Shown piece after piece: positions 37,084-47,054 of a DNA stretch of 64,000 nucleotides. The notes under the pieces are model-generated. The model saw only the letters and a program-made list of their open reading frames with translations. It did no database searches and was not told the DNA's origin. The DNA is from an uncultured Gemmatimonadales bacterium. Its GTDB lineage: Bacteria > Gemmatimonadota > Gemmatimonadetes > Gemmatimonadales > Gemmatimonadaceae. Each line of letters starts with the position of its first letter. Position 1 is the stretch's first letter. The stretch covers positions 2,464,001-2,528,000 of the forward strand of contig OY969695.1 of assembly GCA_963701965.1 (NCBI GenBank). Reading direction: 5' to 3'. Made by a program: the position numbers and the translations under genes.

Positions 37084-39369
37084 CTAAGCAATGAGCTCTC
37101 TCCGCCGGGCGTCGTCCACGACAAAGACGACCTCGTGCGAATCGACCACGCGCACCGTGAGCCGTTCGATCGCCAGCGCCTGACGCGCGACCTCGGCGGC
37201 GTCATCGATCGGACGATCGGACACCACAGCAATGCGGGTCCCTCGGGACACTTCGCTGATTTCAATACGCACGGATGCCGGCCCGGCGTCCTCCAGCAAG
37301 GCGCGCAGCAGCCGGTTGGGAACAGGCCGGTCGCCATGCGTCCGGCCGCCGACGATCTGCACCCGAAGGCACGCGCGCCCGGCCTCGATGGTGCGCCGGA
37401 GATCCGTGTAGGCGGTGAGCAGCCCCAGTTCCCGCGTGAGCGCGATCCAGGGCTCGGCGGCGCTGTCCAGTGTCAGCCGGAGCAGATCGGCCAGGCGCGC
37501 CGTCATGCGCTCGGCCTGACTGGCATCGTCATCGATGAGCGCCGCGATGATGTCCAGGGTCTCACACACGAAATCGGGCCGGAGGCTGACGCACAGCGAC
37601 CGCCAACGGGCGCGGGCAATGGCGCTCTCCAGCTTGAGACTCTCCAGCTCCCGCTCGCGGCGCCACGCAAAGTAGTCGCGGCCGTGTGACCAGGCGACGA
37701 GGGCGGCGTACACGAAAAGATTCCACACCACGGACTGCGGCTGCTCGGCGAACCGGAACGATCGCGGCTCGACGTCGAGCGCGACGATCATGCTGACCTG
37801 CAGCAGCGAAAACACGATCGCGCCCGCGATGTGAATGAGCAGCGGACGGCCCACGCGCCCGACACCCACGCGCACGCGCCGCGCCACGAAGAGCACGGCC
37901 GGGGTCAGCGCCGCCCAGACCAGCACCAGCGAGATGTTGAGCGGCGCGTACAGGAGCATCTCGCGCACGGCGCGCTGGGGGTGGAACGGGAACCGGCCGA
38001 GATACGGCTGGAGGTACCAGAACGTGCCGAAGAGGGCCCAGCCCGTGGCCAGGAAGACCCAGTCGCGCGCCGTCAGCGGCGGCGACGGATGCGCATCGTG
38101 CGCGAAGGGCACGGTCTCCGCTGGGGCCACCGGCGTTGTGGCCAGCGGGAGACCGGCGGCCCCATCCCCGACGGCCACCGCATCAGCGGCCGCGGCGCGC
38201 GGCGCCGGCGACGGGCTCACGCGCTGATAGGGGATCCGGATGTCGACGCAGGTGCCGCCATCGGGGTTGTCACTCAACGCGAACCAATGGTCGGGGCCAT
38301 AGAGATGCCGCAGCCGCTCGCGCACGTTGCGCAATCCGATGCCGTAGCCCGAGGCCGATGGCATCGTCCCGTGGGGCAGACCCTGCCCGTCGTCCCGCAC
38401 CTGCACCGAGAGCCACCGCCCGTCGACGCGCGCCGTGATCTCCACCCGCCCGGGACCACCGCGCGGGATGAGTCCATGGCGAATGGCGTTCTCGACCAAG
38501 GGCTGCAGCACGAAGGGCGGCATGAGCGCGTGTCGGGCGTCGGCGTCGACGTTGGTCGTCACCGTGAGCCAGTCGCTGAACCGTGCGCGTTGGATGTCGA
38601 CGTACGGCTGCAGGGTGTCCAGCTCCTCGGCGAGCGCGACTTCGTCCCGTCCCGCTTTGGACACCGCCGATCGCAGCAAGGATTGGAGATCGCTGATGAT
38701 GTGGCGGGCGGCGGCTGGCGCCTCGTAGGCGAGCTCGGTGATGGCGTGCAAGCAGTTGAACAGAAAATGCGGCTGGAGCTGCCGCTCCAGGAACCGCAGC
38801 TGCGCGCCCGAGAGCTCGGATTCCAACGCCGCGGCCCGCAGCGCGCGGTCGCGGTACTCGCGCAGCTGATCCGCCGCGTGGGTCACGCCGATGATCACGA
38901 AATAGAGAACCACATCGAGATCGGCGTTGAGGAGCAGATAGCCCAGCACCATCGGGTACATCTGCTGCGACCACATGCGGAGGATCATGGTGTCGAGCAC
39001 GGTACGCAGCGCAGCGAACGCGACGGCGATGGTCATCGCCAGGATGAGATGCATGGCGACCGTGCGCGCACCCGCCCACCGCCCGGTGATCCGCTGCCGC
39101 GCCAGGTGGACGACGAGCGGGGTCAGCGCGGCCCAAGTCCAGGCCAGCGCCAGATCGAGCAGGAGCTCCCGCTCCCAGGCCGGCTTCGGCGTGAGCGTGG
39201 AGACCTGGTGTCCGAGAAATGCCAACACGGCGAACGCGGTCCACGCGCCGAGCAGCCAGCCAGACCGACGCAGCACCGCACGGTCCAGCGCCGGCAGGCG
39301 CAACCGTGCGGGTGCGGTCGTCGTCCGGCCCAGCGTCGCGGCCATCGGTGGCGGTCCCGCCGTTTCCAT
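37084..39369 (-). CDS. LytS-type sensor histidine kinase with a duplicated degenerate second module
   Basis: TM block, QLQPHFLFNCLH, LQPLVENAIRHG, DDGQG, GIGLRNVRERL; then a second TM block and LRPDFVCETLD...RLADLLRLTLD; start 39369 (TATCGT box) or 39393. Confidence 0.9.
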   Translation of the reverse strand: METAGPPPMAATLGRTTTAPARLRLPALDRAVLRRSGWLLGAWTAFAVLAFLGHQVSTLTPKPAWERELLLDLALAWTWAALTPLVVHLARQRITGRWAGARTVAMHLILAMTIAVAFAALRTVLDTMILRMWSQQMYPMVLGYLLLNADLDVVLYFVIIGVTHAADQLREYRDRALRAAALESELSGAQLRFLERQLQPHFLFNCLHAITELAYEAPAAARHIISDLQSLLRSAVSKAGRDEVALAEELDTLQPYVDIQRARFSDWLTVTTNVDADARHALMPPFVLQPLVENAIRHGLIPRGGPGRVEITARVDGRWLSVQVRDDGQGLPHGTMPSASGYGIGLRNVRERLRHLYGPDHWFALSDNPDGGTCVDIRIPYQRVSPSPAPRAAAADAVAVGDGAAGLPLATTPVAPAETVPFAHDAHPSPPLTARDWVFLATGWALFGTFWYLQPYLGRFPFHPQRAVREMLLYAPLNISLVLVWAALTPAVLFVARRVRVGVGRVGRPLLIHIAGAIVFSLLQVSMIVALDVEPRSFRFAEQPQSVVWNLFVYAALVAWSHGRDYFAWRRERELESLKLESAIARARWRSLCVSLRPDFVCETLDIIAALIDDDASQAERMTARLADLLRLTLDSAAEPWIALTRELGLLTAYTDLRRTIEAGRACLRVQIVGGRTHGDRPVPNRLLRALLEDAGPASVRIEISEVSRGTRIAVVSDRPIDDAAEVARQALAIERLTVRVVDSHEVVFVVDDARRRELIA

Positions 39370-39510
39370 CGGCCCACGATAGTGCGCATTCAAACGACGC
39401 GCTACGCCGGGCGTGCACCCGATCTCGCGGGACGAACTATCCCCATCCCCCGCGTTTGGCCCTCATCACCAGCATCCGCGCGTTCGACATCACGCCGCGC
39501 CGGCTCGTCC

Positions 39511-40323
39511 CTATTTGATCTTCGGCGCTCCGACGATCACCACCGGGCCCGTGGCGCGCGCGACGCCGCCCGCCGGCTCGAGGGTCACCGCGACGGCGCG
39601 CAGAGAGTCCGCGGGCAGTGCGTAGGTGGCGTGGACTTCCGCGCTGCCATCGGGCCCCGGGGTGAACGTGCCCGCGCTGATTTGCGCCGACGGCGTCACC
39701 AGCCAGAGCTGATACGTGCGGCCCGACGGGGGCGACGCCAGGCGATGCGCGAAGAACGACCAGGTATTGTCGCCGCGGTTCCAGAACATGAGCGCCGTCG
39801 CCGCCGGGGCGGCGTTGGTGCTGAGCGCGACCACCAATGTGTTGGCCCCCGTCAGCGCCTGGATCTCGCGGTCGCGCGACGCCAGCAGGTGGCGGGCCGA
39901 GTCGAGCGCCGCCGAGTCTCCCGCGGCGGCGCGCTCCGCGGCGGCCAGGGCCGATGTCAGCCGATCTCTCCCTCGCACCACGACCCACGCGACGATCAGC
40001 GCCGCTGCGGCCAGGAGCGCCACATCGCGCCAGCGCCGACGCCGTGGTGCTCCTTCGCCGAGCGGGGCCCGATCCGCGCGGGCACGAGCCAGGACCCGAA
40101 CGCGCACGCCGGCGATGCGCCGCTCGACGTCGGCCCCGCCGCGGAGCGGCACTCCAGCGCCCAGCGCGCCCAGCGCGGCCTGGAGCTCGGCGAACGCCGG
40201 CCCGCACTCCGGGCAGGTGGCGGCATGCGCGAGCACTGCCGCCTGCTCCCCGGCGGTGAGCGCGTCGAACGCCGCCCCCGCCAGGAGCTCACTCGCCGCG
40301 TCGTGCCCCATGTCGCGCGTCAC
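39511..40323 (-). CDS. Anti-sigma factor (RskA-like with ZAS motif)
   Basis: HAATCPEC, TM, YQLWLV, AVTLEPAGG. Confidence 0.88.
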   Translation of the reverse strand: MTRDMGHDAASELLAGAAFDALTAGEQAAVLAHAATCPECGPAFAELQAALGALGAGVPLRGGADVERRIAGVRVRVLARARADRAPLGEGAPRRRRWRDVALLAAAALIVAWVVVRGRDRLTSALAAAERAAAGDSAALDSARHLLASRDREIQALTGANTLVVALSTNAAPAATALMFWNRGDNTWSFFAHRLASPPSGRTYQLWLVTPSAQISAGTFTPGPDGSAEVHATYALPADSLRAVAVTLEPAGGVARATGPVVIVGAPKIK

Positions 40324-40919
40324 GCCCGCTCCCCTCCTCGCAGGACCGCGAGCCATTCGCGGAGTTTCTGGCCGGCCAGCCGCGTCCGCGTCTTGACCGT
40401 CCCCAGCGGCTGACCAGTCCGTTCGGCGATCTCCGTTTGACTCAACCCTCCGAAATACGCCAGCTCCACGACCTCCCGTTGTTCGGTGGGCAGGGCCTTC
40501 AACGCGGCGACCAACCGGTCCCGCCGCTCGGCCTCCTCGGCCCCGACCGCGGGATCGCCGTCGGCGACGATCTTGTCACCCGTCACCGGTGTCAACGGTT
40601 CCTCGCGCAGCCGCTTCCGCGCCCGCAGTCGATCCAAGGCCCGGCTGCGCGCGATCGTGATGATCCACGTGGACACGGCGCCGCGACCGGGCTCATAGCG
40701 CGAGGCCTGCCGCCACGCTTGATAAAAGACGTCCTCGACCACGTCATCCGCGTCGTCGGCATCGCGCACCATCTGCGACACCAACGCGTACACCGGGCGC
40801 GCCCACCGATCATAGAACCGCGCCAGCGCACGATCGTCCCCCGCGCTCATACGCGACACGAGCACCCGGTCTTCGTCGTTGTCGACGAGATACGCGAACT
40901 CAGGTGACCGCGGATTCAT
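40320..40919 (-). CDS. ECF RNA polymerase sigma factor (SigK-like)
   Basis: DDVVEDVFYQAWRQA, WIITIARSRALD, LAYFGGLSQTEIA, PLGTVKTR. Confidence 0.95.
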   Translation of the reverse strand: MNPRSPEFAYLVDNDEDRVLVSRMSAGDDRALARFYDRWARPVYALVSQMVRDADDADDVVEDVFYQAWRQASRYEPGRGAVSTWIITIARSRALDRLRARKRLREEPLTPVTGDKIVADGDPAVGAEEAERRDRLVAALKALPTEQREVVELAYFGGLSQTEIAERTGQPLGTVKTRTRLAGQKLREWLAVLRGGERA

Positions 40920-40991
40920 GATCGGCCAAAATGAACCCTGGTGCCTCCAAGGGCCAGTAAAAGAGCGCCCCAGGGATGTACTTTTCGCCGC

Positions 40992-41774
40992 ATGACGCCC
41001 CCTGCAACCTGTCCGGTCTGCGCCAGTCCGTCGACCGGCGGCCGGTTTTGTTCCTCGTGCGGCGCGCCGTTCGAGGGCGCCCTCTGCGCCGCGTGCCGCT
41101 CTACGCTCACGACCGGCGCAAAATTCTGCCACCGTTGTGGCACGGCAGTGGGCTCCGGCGCGGTCTCTGACCCCCGGATGGCGACGACCCTCCCGTGGGC
41201 CGTGGCCTCGATCGCGCTGTTGGCGCTCGTCGCCCTGATCGCGGGCCGCACCATCGGCGCGCGCCGCGTAGCGGCCGCGCCACCGGAACAGGCCGCACCA
41301 GCGGACAGCGACGCGCAGAGCCCCGGGGTGCGAGCGCCCGATATTTCGGCGATGTCGCCGGCCGAGCGCGCCGACCGCTTGTTCGATCGTGTCATGCGGC
41401 TGCACACGGAAGGCAAGGACGACAGCGTGCGATTCTTTTCGCCCATGGTGCTGAACGCGTACCAGATGCTCGGTCCTCTGGACGCGGATCATCACTACGA
41501 CCTCGGCCGCATCGGTGAAGTCCTCGGGCAGCCCGATCTCGCGCGGGCGGAAGCCGACACCATTCTTCGCGAGCAACCCACTCATCTGCTCGGCCTCGCC
41601 CTGGCGGCGCGCGCCGCGACCCTGGCGAAACAGGACGCCACCGCGCGGGCATTCTACCAGCGCCTGCTGGCCGCTGAGCCCACGGAACGCAAACGCAACG
41701 TGCCCGAATACGACCGCCACCGCGATGATATCGACGCCGCTCTCGCGACCGCCCGCGGGGCGCTCCGCTCATGA
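40992..41774 (+). CDS. Double zinc-ribbon membrane protein with C-terminal TPR-like helices
   Basis: CPVC, FCSSCG, CAAC, FCHRCG; one TM segment. Confidence 0.8.
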   Translation: MTPPATCPVCASPSTGGRFCSSCGAPFEGALCAACRSTLTTGAKFCHRCGTAVGSGAVSDPRMATTLPWAVASIALLALVALIAGRTIGARRVAAAPPEQAAPADSDAQSPGVRAPDISAMSPAERADRLFDRVMRLHTEGKDDSVRFFSPMVLNAYQMLGPLDADHHYDLGRIGEVLGQPDLARAEADTILREQPTHLLGLALAARAATLAKQDATARAFYQRLLAAEPTERKRNVPEYDRHRDDIDAALATARGALRS

Positions 41775-42619
41775 CCACGATTCACGTCAGCCATAGCCCG
41801 GACTCGGACGACGCGTTCATGTTCTACGCGCTCGCCGAAGGGAAAATCGATACCGGGGGTCTCGTGTACGTCCACGAGCTCGCGGACATCGAGACGCTCA
41901 ACCAGCGCGCGCGCCGCGGCGAGTTGGAGGTGACCGCCGTCTCGATACACGCCTACGCGTACATCGCGGACCGCTATGCCTTGCTCCCGCACGGCGCGTC
42001 CATGGGCGACCGCTATGGCCCGCGACTCGTGAGCGCGACGCCGATGGGCCGTGCGGATGTCAAAGGCCGCCGCATCGCCGTCCCCGGTCCCCTCACGACC
42101 GCCTACCTGACACTCAAACTCTACGAGCCGGATTTCGTCGCCATTCAGACCCCGTTCGACGAGATCGAGGACGCCGTTCTGAATGGCGACGCCGACATGG
42201 GTCTCTTGATTCACGAGGGGCAGTTGACCTTCGGCGACCGCGGCCTCCATCTCGTCGAAGACATGGGCGAATGGTGGTATCAAGAGACCGGTCTCCCGCT
42301 TCCCCTCGGCGGGAACGTGATCCGAAAGGACCTTGGCCCGGATCTGATTGGCAAGATTTCGCGACATTTATACGACAGTATCGCGTATGGATTGCGCCAT
42401 AGACACAAGGCGCTGGATCACGCAATGCAGTATGCCCGCGGCCTGGAGCGGTCTCGCGCCGACACGTTCGTCGGCATGTACGTCAACGACTACACGCTGG
42501 ATTATGGCGACCGTGGTCGTGAGGCCATCCGGCGTTTGCTGACGCGCGGCGTCGAGTCGGGCGTCATTCCTCACAACGTGACGGTCGAGTTCGCCGGAGA
42601 CACTGGAGGGGACTCGTAG
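41771..42619 (+). CDS. mqnD: 1,4-dihydroxy-6-naphthoate synthase (futalosine menaquinone pathway)
   Basis: HSPDSDDAFMFY, DIETLN, YGP, IHEGQLT, LPLPLGG, MYVN. Confidence 0.92.
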   Translation: MTTIHVSHSPDSDDAFMFYALAEGKIDTGGLVYVHELADIETLNQRARRGELEVTAVSIHAYAYIADRYALLPHGASMGDRYGPRLVSATPMGRADVKGRRIAVPGPLTTAYLTLKLYEPDFVAIQTPFDEIEDAVLNGDADMGLLIHEGQLTFGDRGLHLVEDMGEWWYQETGLPLPLGGNVIRKDLGPDLIGKISRHLYDSIAYGLRHRHKALDHAMQYARGLERSRADTFVGMYVNDYTLDYGDRGREAIRRLLTRGVESGVIPHNVTVEFAGDTGGDS

Positions 42620-42685
42620 TCCCCGCGCACTACCGTTACACGCCCGCCGCTTGATGCGTCTTCGGGCGGGAGTTCCCCTTTATTC

Positions 42686-45349
42686 GTGGACGGTCGCGAC
42701 GTGACATCTTCCGCACCGCACCCTTACCTCGCGACACGGTCGACACCAGCCGAGGGTGAGGTGCAGCAGGTGACGGGGCGATTTGCCGCTTTGGCGGATC
42801 AAGTCGCCGAAAGCGAGACGCTCGCCCAGATCGCCCGGCAGATCGCGGGCGTCGTGAGCGATCGCGGCGCGACGTTCGATCTGCTGGCGAACGGTGCGGT
42901 CTCGCTCTTGGGTGCCGATGGCGCGATCGTCGCCGTGCGGGGCGACGATGCGCGCCATGTGCGCGTGGAGGCCGCGGCCGGCTCGCTCATCCCGATGCTC
43001 GGGTTCTCCGCGCTGCTCGCGGGTACGTTGGCCGAGGAATCCCTGGGCTGCTTCCACCCGCTCGTGCTGAACGACACGACGGGCGATCCGCGCGTCGAGG
43101 CGCATTTCCTGTCGGCGTTTCATCCGCGGCAGGTCGTGGTCGCGCCCATGGTGGTCGCCGAGGCGCCGCGTGGATTCCTGCTCGCCCTCAACAGCGCGAA
43201 AGGCTATTTCGCGCCGCCGGACGGCGCGCTGCTGCAGCGGCTCGCCGATCACGGCGCCATCGCGATCCGACACGCCGAGCTTCTGGCTCGCACCGAAGCC
43301 GCCGTCGAGGAAGCGCGCCGGCTCGCGGACATCGTGCAGGAGATCAACCAGTCGCTCGAGCTGGAGCGCGTCGTCAAGCTCCTGGCCCGGCATGCGACCG
43401 GGCTGTTCGCGGCGCGCGGCGCCCGCGTGTCGGTGCTCGATGGCGAGCAGTTGATCACTACCGCCACGTTCGGCGATGCCGTGGACCGCATCGGCGCGGT
43501 GTTCGACCTGTCCACCGTGTTCGCCGGGGAGGCCATTCGCCAGCGCCGCGGGGTGGCGACCAGCGATCTCCGTCCCTACGCCGATCAGTGGGCGCGGACC
43601 GGGCGCGGGGCCTCGGTCGAGGAAGGACGGGCCAACGGCATGGCGGCGCCCTTGCTCGTCGGCGGGCGCGTCATCGGGGCCGTCACCGTGTTCGGGCGCG
43701 AGCAGGGGGATTTCAGCGACCATGACGCCGCGACCTTGCATGCGTTGGCCAATCACGCCGCGGTGGCGATCGAAAACTCGCGCCTCTACCGGGCCGCGGC
43801 CTATACGGCCCGGCACGCCAGTATTCTCGCCGCCACGGGGCGGGCGCTGGCCAACAGCGTGACGTCCGAGGCGGTCTACGCCGGTATCGCCGAAGTCGTC
43901 TACGACTCGCTGGGCGCCAACGGCTACACGGTCATCCTCGCCGATAACGAGACCGGACACGTCGAGCTCTCCCACGCGGAAGGGCCCGGATCCGAGCAAG
44001 TGACGATGCCCGTCGAGCACTTCTGGGCGAGCCCGGCCGGGACGGTCCTCAGGACCGGCGCTCCCGTGTATTTCCCGGACTTTGGGGACATGGACACCGC
44101 ATGGGCGCCCAGCGGATTTTCCGTCGCCAAGTACCGGGCGCGGTCGCTGGCGATCCTGCCGCTGATCAGCGAGGGACGCCCCCGCGGGACCCTCTCGATT
44201 CGCTTCGCCGCCGCCAAGAAGTTCGAAGAGCATGAGCGGCGCTTGCTGGAGGATTTCGGGACGCAGTTCGCCACGGCCGTCCGCAACGCGCAACTCGCCG
44301 CCGCCGAGCAGCGGCATCGCGAGCGCGAACGGATGTTGGCGACCGCGCTGGCGACCATGGAGCACCCGGTGTTCGTGCTCAACCCCAATGCCAAGATCCG
44401 GTACGCGAACCCCGCCGCGGCCCGCGAGTACGGGTACACGGTGGAGGAGCTGACCGCTTTGCCGCTCGACCGGCTCCTGGCCGTGCACTCCGATGGCATC
44501 GAAGGACCCGATCAGGTCCATCGCCGGCGCGATGGCACCGAGTTCCCGGCCACGGCGACCCTGAGCCAGATTCGCGATGACGCGGGCGCCGTGGTGGGGC
44601 AGGTGGTGTCCGTGCGCAATACGACGGAGGAGCGGAAGCTCGCCGAAGCAATGCACCAGACCGAAAAACTGGCGGCGCTGGGCGAGCTGGTGGCTGGTGT
44701 CGCCCACGAGCTGAACAATCCGCTGACGGGCATTTCGACATTCGCGCAGCTGTTGCTCGAAGAGGAGCTCACCGAGGACCAGCTGGAGTCCGTCCGGACG
44801 ATCAAGCGCGAGTCCGACCGCGCCGTTGCCGTGATCCGCGACCTGCTGGTCTTCTCGCGCAAGACCGGGCCCCGGCACGGGCCGGTGGATCTCCGGGCCT
44901 TGATCCAACAGACCGTCCGCCTTCGGAGTTATGCCTTACAGTCGGCCGGCGTCACACTGCAGACGGAGCTCGACGCCGATCTGCCGACGGTCCCAGGCGA
45001 CGACCGCAAGCTGCAACAGGTGCTGATGAACATGATGGTGAATGCCGAGTACGCCATGTCCAAGACCGAAGTCCGGACGCTGACCGTCCGGGCGTTGACC
45101 GGCACGGAGCACGTCACGCTCGAGATCGCCGATACGGGCATCGGGATGAGTCCGGATGTCGTCAAGCACGTCTTCGAGCCGTTCTACACCACGAAACCGG
45201 TCGGTGTGGGGACGGGACTCGGCCTTTCTGTCAGCTATGGAATCATCCAGGCGCACGGCGGCACGATCGACGTCAAGAGCGCCCCGGGCGCTGGCACGAC
45301 GTTTCGGATCGCGCTGCCGCTCGCCGCTACCGCGGCATCGTTCGAATGA
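42686..45349 (+). CDS. Cytoplasmic sensor histidine kinase (GAF x3, PAS, HisKA, HATPase)
   Basis: Three GAF-like repeats; EKLAALGELVAGVAHELNNPL; FEPFYTTKPVGVGTGLGLS. Confidence 0.92.
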   Translation: MDGRDVTSSAPHPYLATRSTPAEGEVQQVTGRFAALADQVAESETLAQIARQIAGVVSDRGATFDLLANGAVSLLGADGAIVAVRGDDARHVRVEAAAGSLIPMLGFSALLAGTLAEESLGCFHPLVLNDTTGDPRVEAHFLSAFHPRQVVVAPMVVAEAPRGFLLALNSAKGYFAPPDGALLQRLADHGAIAIRHAELLARTEAAVEEARRLADIVQEINQSLELERVVKLLARHATGLFAARGARVSVLDGEQLITTATFGDAVDRIGAVFDLSTVFAGEAIRQRRGVATSDLRPYADQWARTGRGASVEEGRANGMAAPLLVGGRVIGAVTVFGREQGDFSDHDAATLHALANHAAVAIENSRLYRAAAYTARHASILAATGRALANSVTSEAVYAGIAEVVYDSLGANGYTVILADNETGHVELSHAEGPGSEQVTMPVEHFWASPAGTVLRTGAPVYFPDFGDMDTAWAPSGFSVAKYRARSLAILPLISEGRPRGTLSIRFAAAKKFEEHERRLLEDFGTQFATAVRNAQLAAAEQRHRERERMLATALATMEHPVFVLNPNAKIRYANPAAAREYGYTVEELTALPLDRLLAVHSDGIEGPDQVHRRRDGTEFPATATLSQIRDDAGAVVGQVVSVRNTTEERKLAEAMHQTEKLAALGELVAGVAHELNNPLTGISTFAQLLLEEELTEDQLESVRTIKRESDRAVAVIRDLLVFSRKTGPRHGPVDLRALIQQTVRLRSYALQSAGVTLQTELDADLPTVPGDDRKLQQVLMNMMVNAEYAMSKTEVRTLTVRALTGTEHVTLEIADTGIGMSPDVVKHVFEPFYTTKPVGVGTGLGLSVSYGIIQAHGGTIDVKSAPGAGTTFRIALPLAATAASFE

Positions 45350-46395
45350 CCGATTCGACGCACGTTATCCCGCGCTTGTTGGTCGTCGACGATGAGCCGA
45401 CGATCCTCGGAGCGCTGTCCAAGTTTCTCCGATCGCGCGGGTACGACGTCCAAACGGCGTCGTCGGGCGCGGAAGCGCTCGAAAAGCTCGGGCAGGGCAA
45501 GTTCAAGCTGATCCTCTGCGACGTCCGGATGCCGGGGATGACGGGCGTGGAGGTCGTGACCCAGGCGCTGGCCCTGGACGGCGATCTGGCGATCGTGATG
45601 CTGACCGGCGTCAACGACGCGCCGACGGCCACGGACGCGTTGTCGCGCGGCGCCATGGACTACCTGCTCAAGCCGGTCGAGTTGGCCGATCTGCACCAGG
45701 CGATCGAGCGCGCGCTGCACCGGCGGGAGCTTTTGATCGACCGGCGCAACGTCGACCGGATCATTCGCGAGGAGGTCGACGCCCGCACCAAGGAGCTGGA
45801 GGCGATGAGCCTCGGCACCGTCCATGCGTTGATCAACGCCATGGAGGCGAAGGACATCTATTTGCGCGGGCACTCCGAGCGCATCGCCGAGCTCGCCGCG
45901 TCGATCGCCGATGCGCTGGGATTGGACGAGGACACGGTCGAAAACGTGCGGGTCGCGGGGCGGCTCCACGATATCGGCAAGATCGGGACCCGGGAGTCCG
46001 TGCTCAATAAGCCGGGCAAGCTGACGTCCGAGGAGTACGAGCACGTCAAGGACCACGTGCGTCTGTCGATGGAGATTCTCAAGCCCCTGAGCATCGTGCG
46101 GGACGCGATGGAGTACGTGCAGGACCACCACGAACGGTGGGACGGGAAGGGGTATCCGAGTGGGAAGGCGGGGGACGACATCTCGATCGGCGGGCGGATC
46201 CTCGCCGCGGCCGACGCCTTCGATGCGCTGACATCGCAGCGTCCGTACCGCGAGCCGAAATCGCCCAAGGACACGTTGACGTATCTCGAATCGTTGGTCG
46301 GCACGATGCTCGATCCACGGGTGTACGAGGCGCTCACGAATGTCGTGCGGGGGAGAAAGACGCTCGCGTTCTCCTTCATCGACGACCCCCATTGA
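45346..46395 (+). CDS. Response regulator with HD-GYP phosphodiesterase domain
   Basis: REC domain (VVDDE, CDVRMP); GHSER, LHDIGKIG, HHERWDGKGYP. Confidence 0.95.
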   Translation: MTDSTHVIPRLLVVDDEPTILGALSKFLRSRGYDVQTASSGAEALEKLGQGKFKLILCDVRMPGMTGVEVVTQALALDGDLAIVMLTGVNDAPTATDALSRGAMDYLLKPVELADLHQAIERALHRRELLIDRRNVDRIIREEVDARTKELEAMSLGTVHALINAMEAKDIYLRGHSERIAELAASIADALGLDEDTVENVRVAGRLHDIGKIGTRESVLNKPGKLTSEEYEHVKDHVRLSMEILKPLSIVRDAMEYVQDHHERWDGKGYPSGKAGDDISIGGRILAAADAFDALTSQRPYREPKSPKDTLTYLESLVGTMLDPRVYEALTNVVRGRKTLAFSFIDDPH

Positions 46396-46478
46396 CGCCA
46401 CGCTCGCGCCGTAGTATTCGGTGTGCTTCGTGATTAAGATTCCGGGCGATTGAAACACATACTATTGAGGAGGCGGTA

Positions 46479-47054
46479 ATGCCGCGCGGCGACGAGTGGG
46501 AAGACGAGCTCCGGTTCTCCGACCGGGATGATGAGGGGGACGACGCCGGCTACGGCGGCGGCGCCGGTGGCGGCGGAGCCGCCTATGACGACGACGATGA
46601 CGAAGAGGATGGCGGCTGGGCGATCACCAAAGACGCCAGCGAAGAGCTGTGGGATAGTGCCGAGGATGGGGAGGACGACGACGAGGAGGCGGAGGTCGTC
46701 GTCGCCGAGGTAGAGGGCGACGAGGACGAAGGCGACCTGTTCGGCGCCGCGCGTGTGCCCGCTAAAGCGCCCGCGAAGACCCCGGCCAAGGCGCCGGCGA
46801 AAGCCGCGGCCAAACAGCCGGTGAAGAAAGCGGCCCCCGCGAAGGCGGCGGCCAAGGCCCCGGCCAAGAAAGTCGCGAAGAAAGCGGCGAAGGCGGCGAA
46901 AAAAGCCCCCGCCAAGAAGGCGAAGAAGGCGGCGCCGCGTGCTGCCGCGAAAAAGAGCGGCAAGAAAGTCGCGAAGGCCGCGTCCAAGCCTTCGAAGGGT
47001 GCGAAGAAAGGCGGTGGGAACAAGGGAAAGAAAGGCAAGAAGGGGAAGCGCTAG
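46479..47054 (+). CDS. Bipolar low-complexity protein: acidic N-half and histone-H1-like Lys/Ala C-half
   Basis: Strong RBS GAGGAGG; D/E-rich residues 1-86; PAKK/AAKK repeats afterwards. Confidence 0.8.
   Translation: MPRGDEWEDELRFSDRDDEGDDAGYGGGAGGGGAAYDDDDDEEDGGWAITKDASEELWDSAEDGEDDDEEAEVVVAEVEGDEDEGDLFGAARVPAKAPAKTPAKAPAKAAAKQPVKKAAPAKAAAKAPAKKVAKKAAKAAKKAPAKKAKKAAPRAAAKKSGKKVAKAASKPSKGAKKGGGNKGKKGKKGKR

Noticed and set aside
39394..39510. Possible LytTR direct-repeat binding site upstream of the LytS kinase
   Set aside because: Only weak GTTCG/GCTCG matches; not distinguishable from chance
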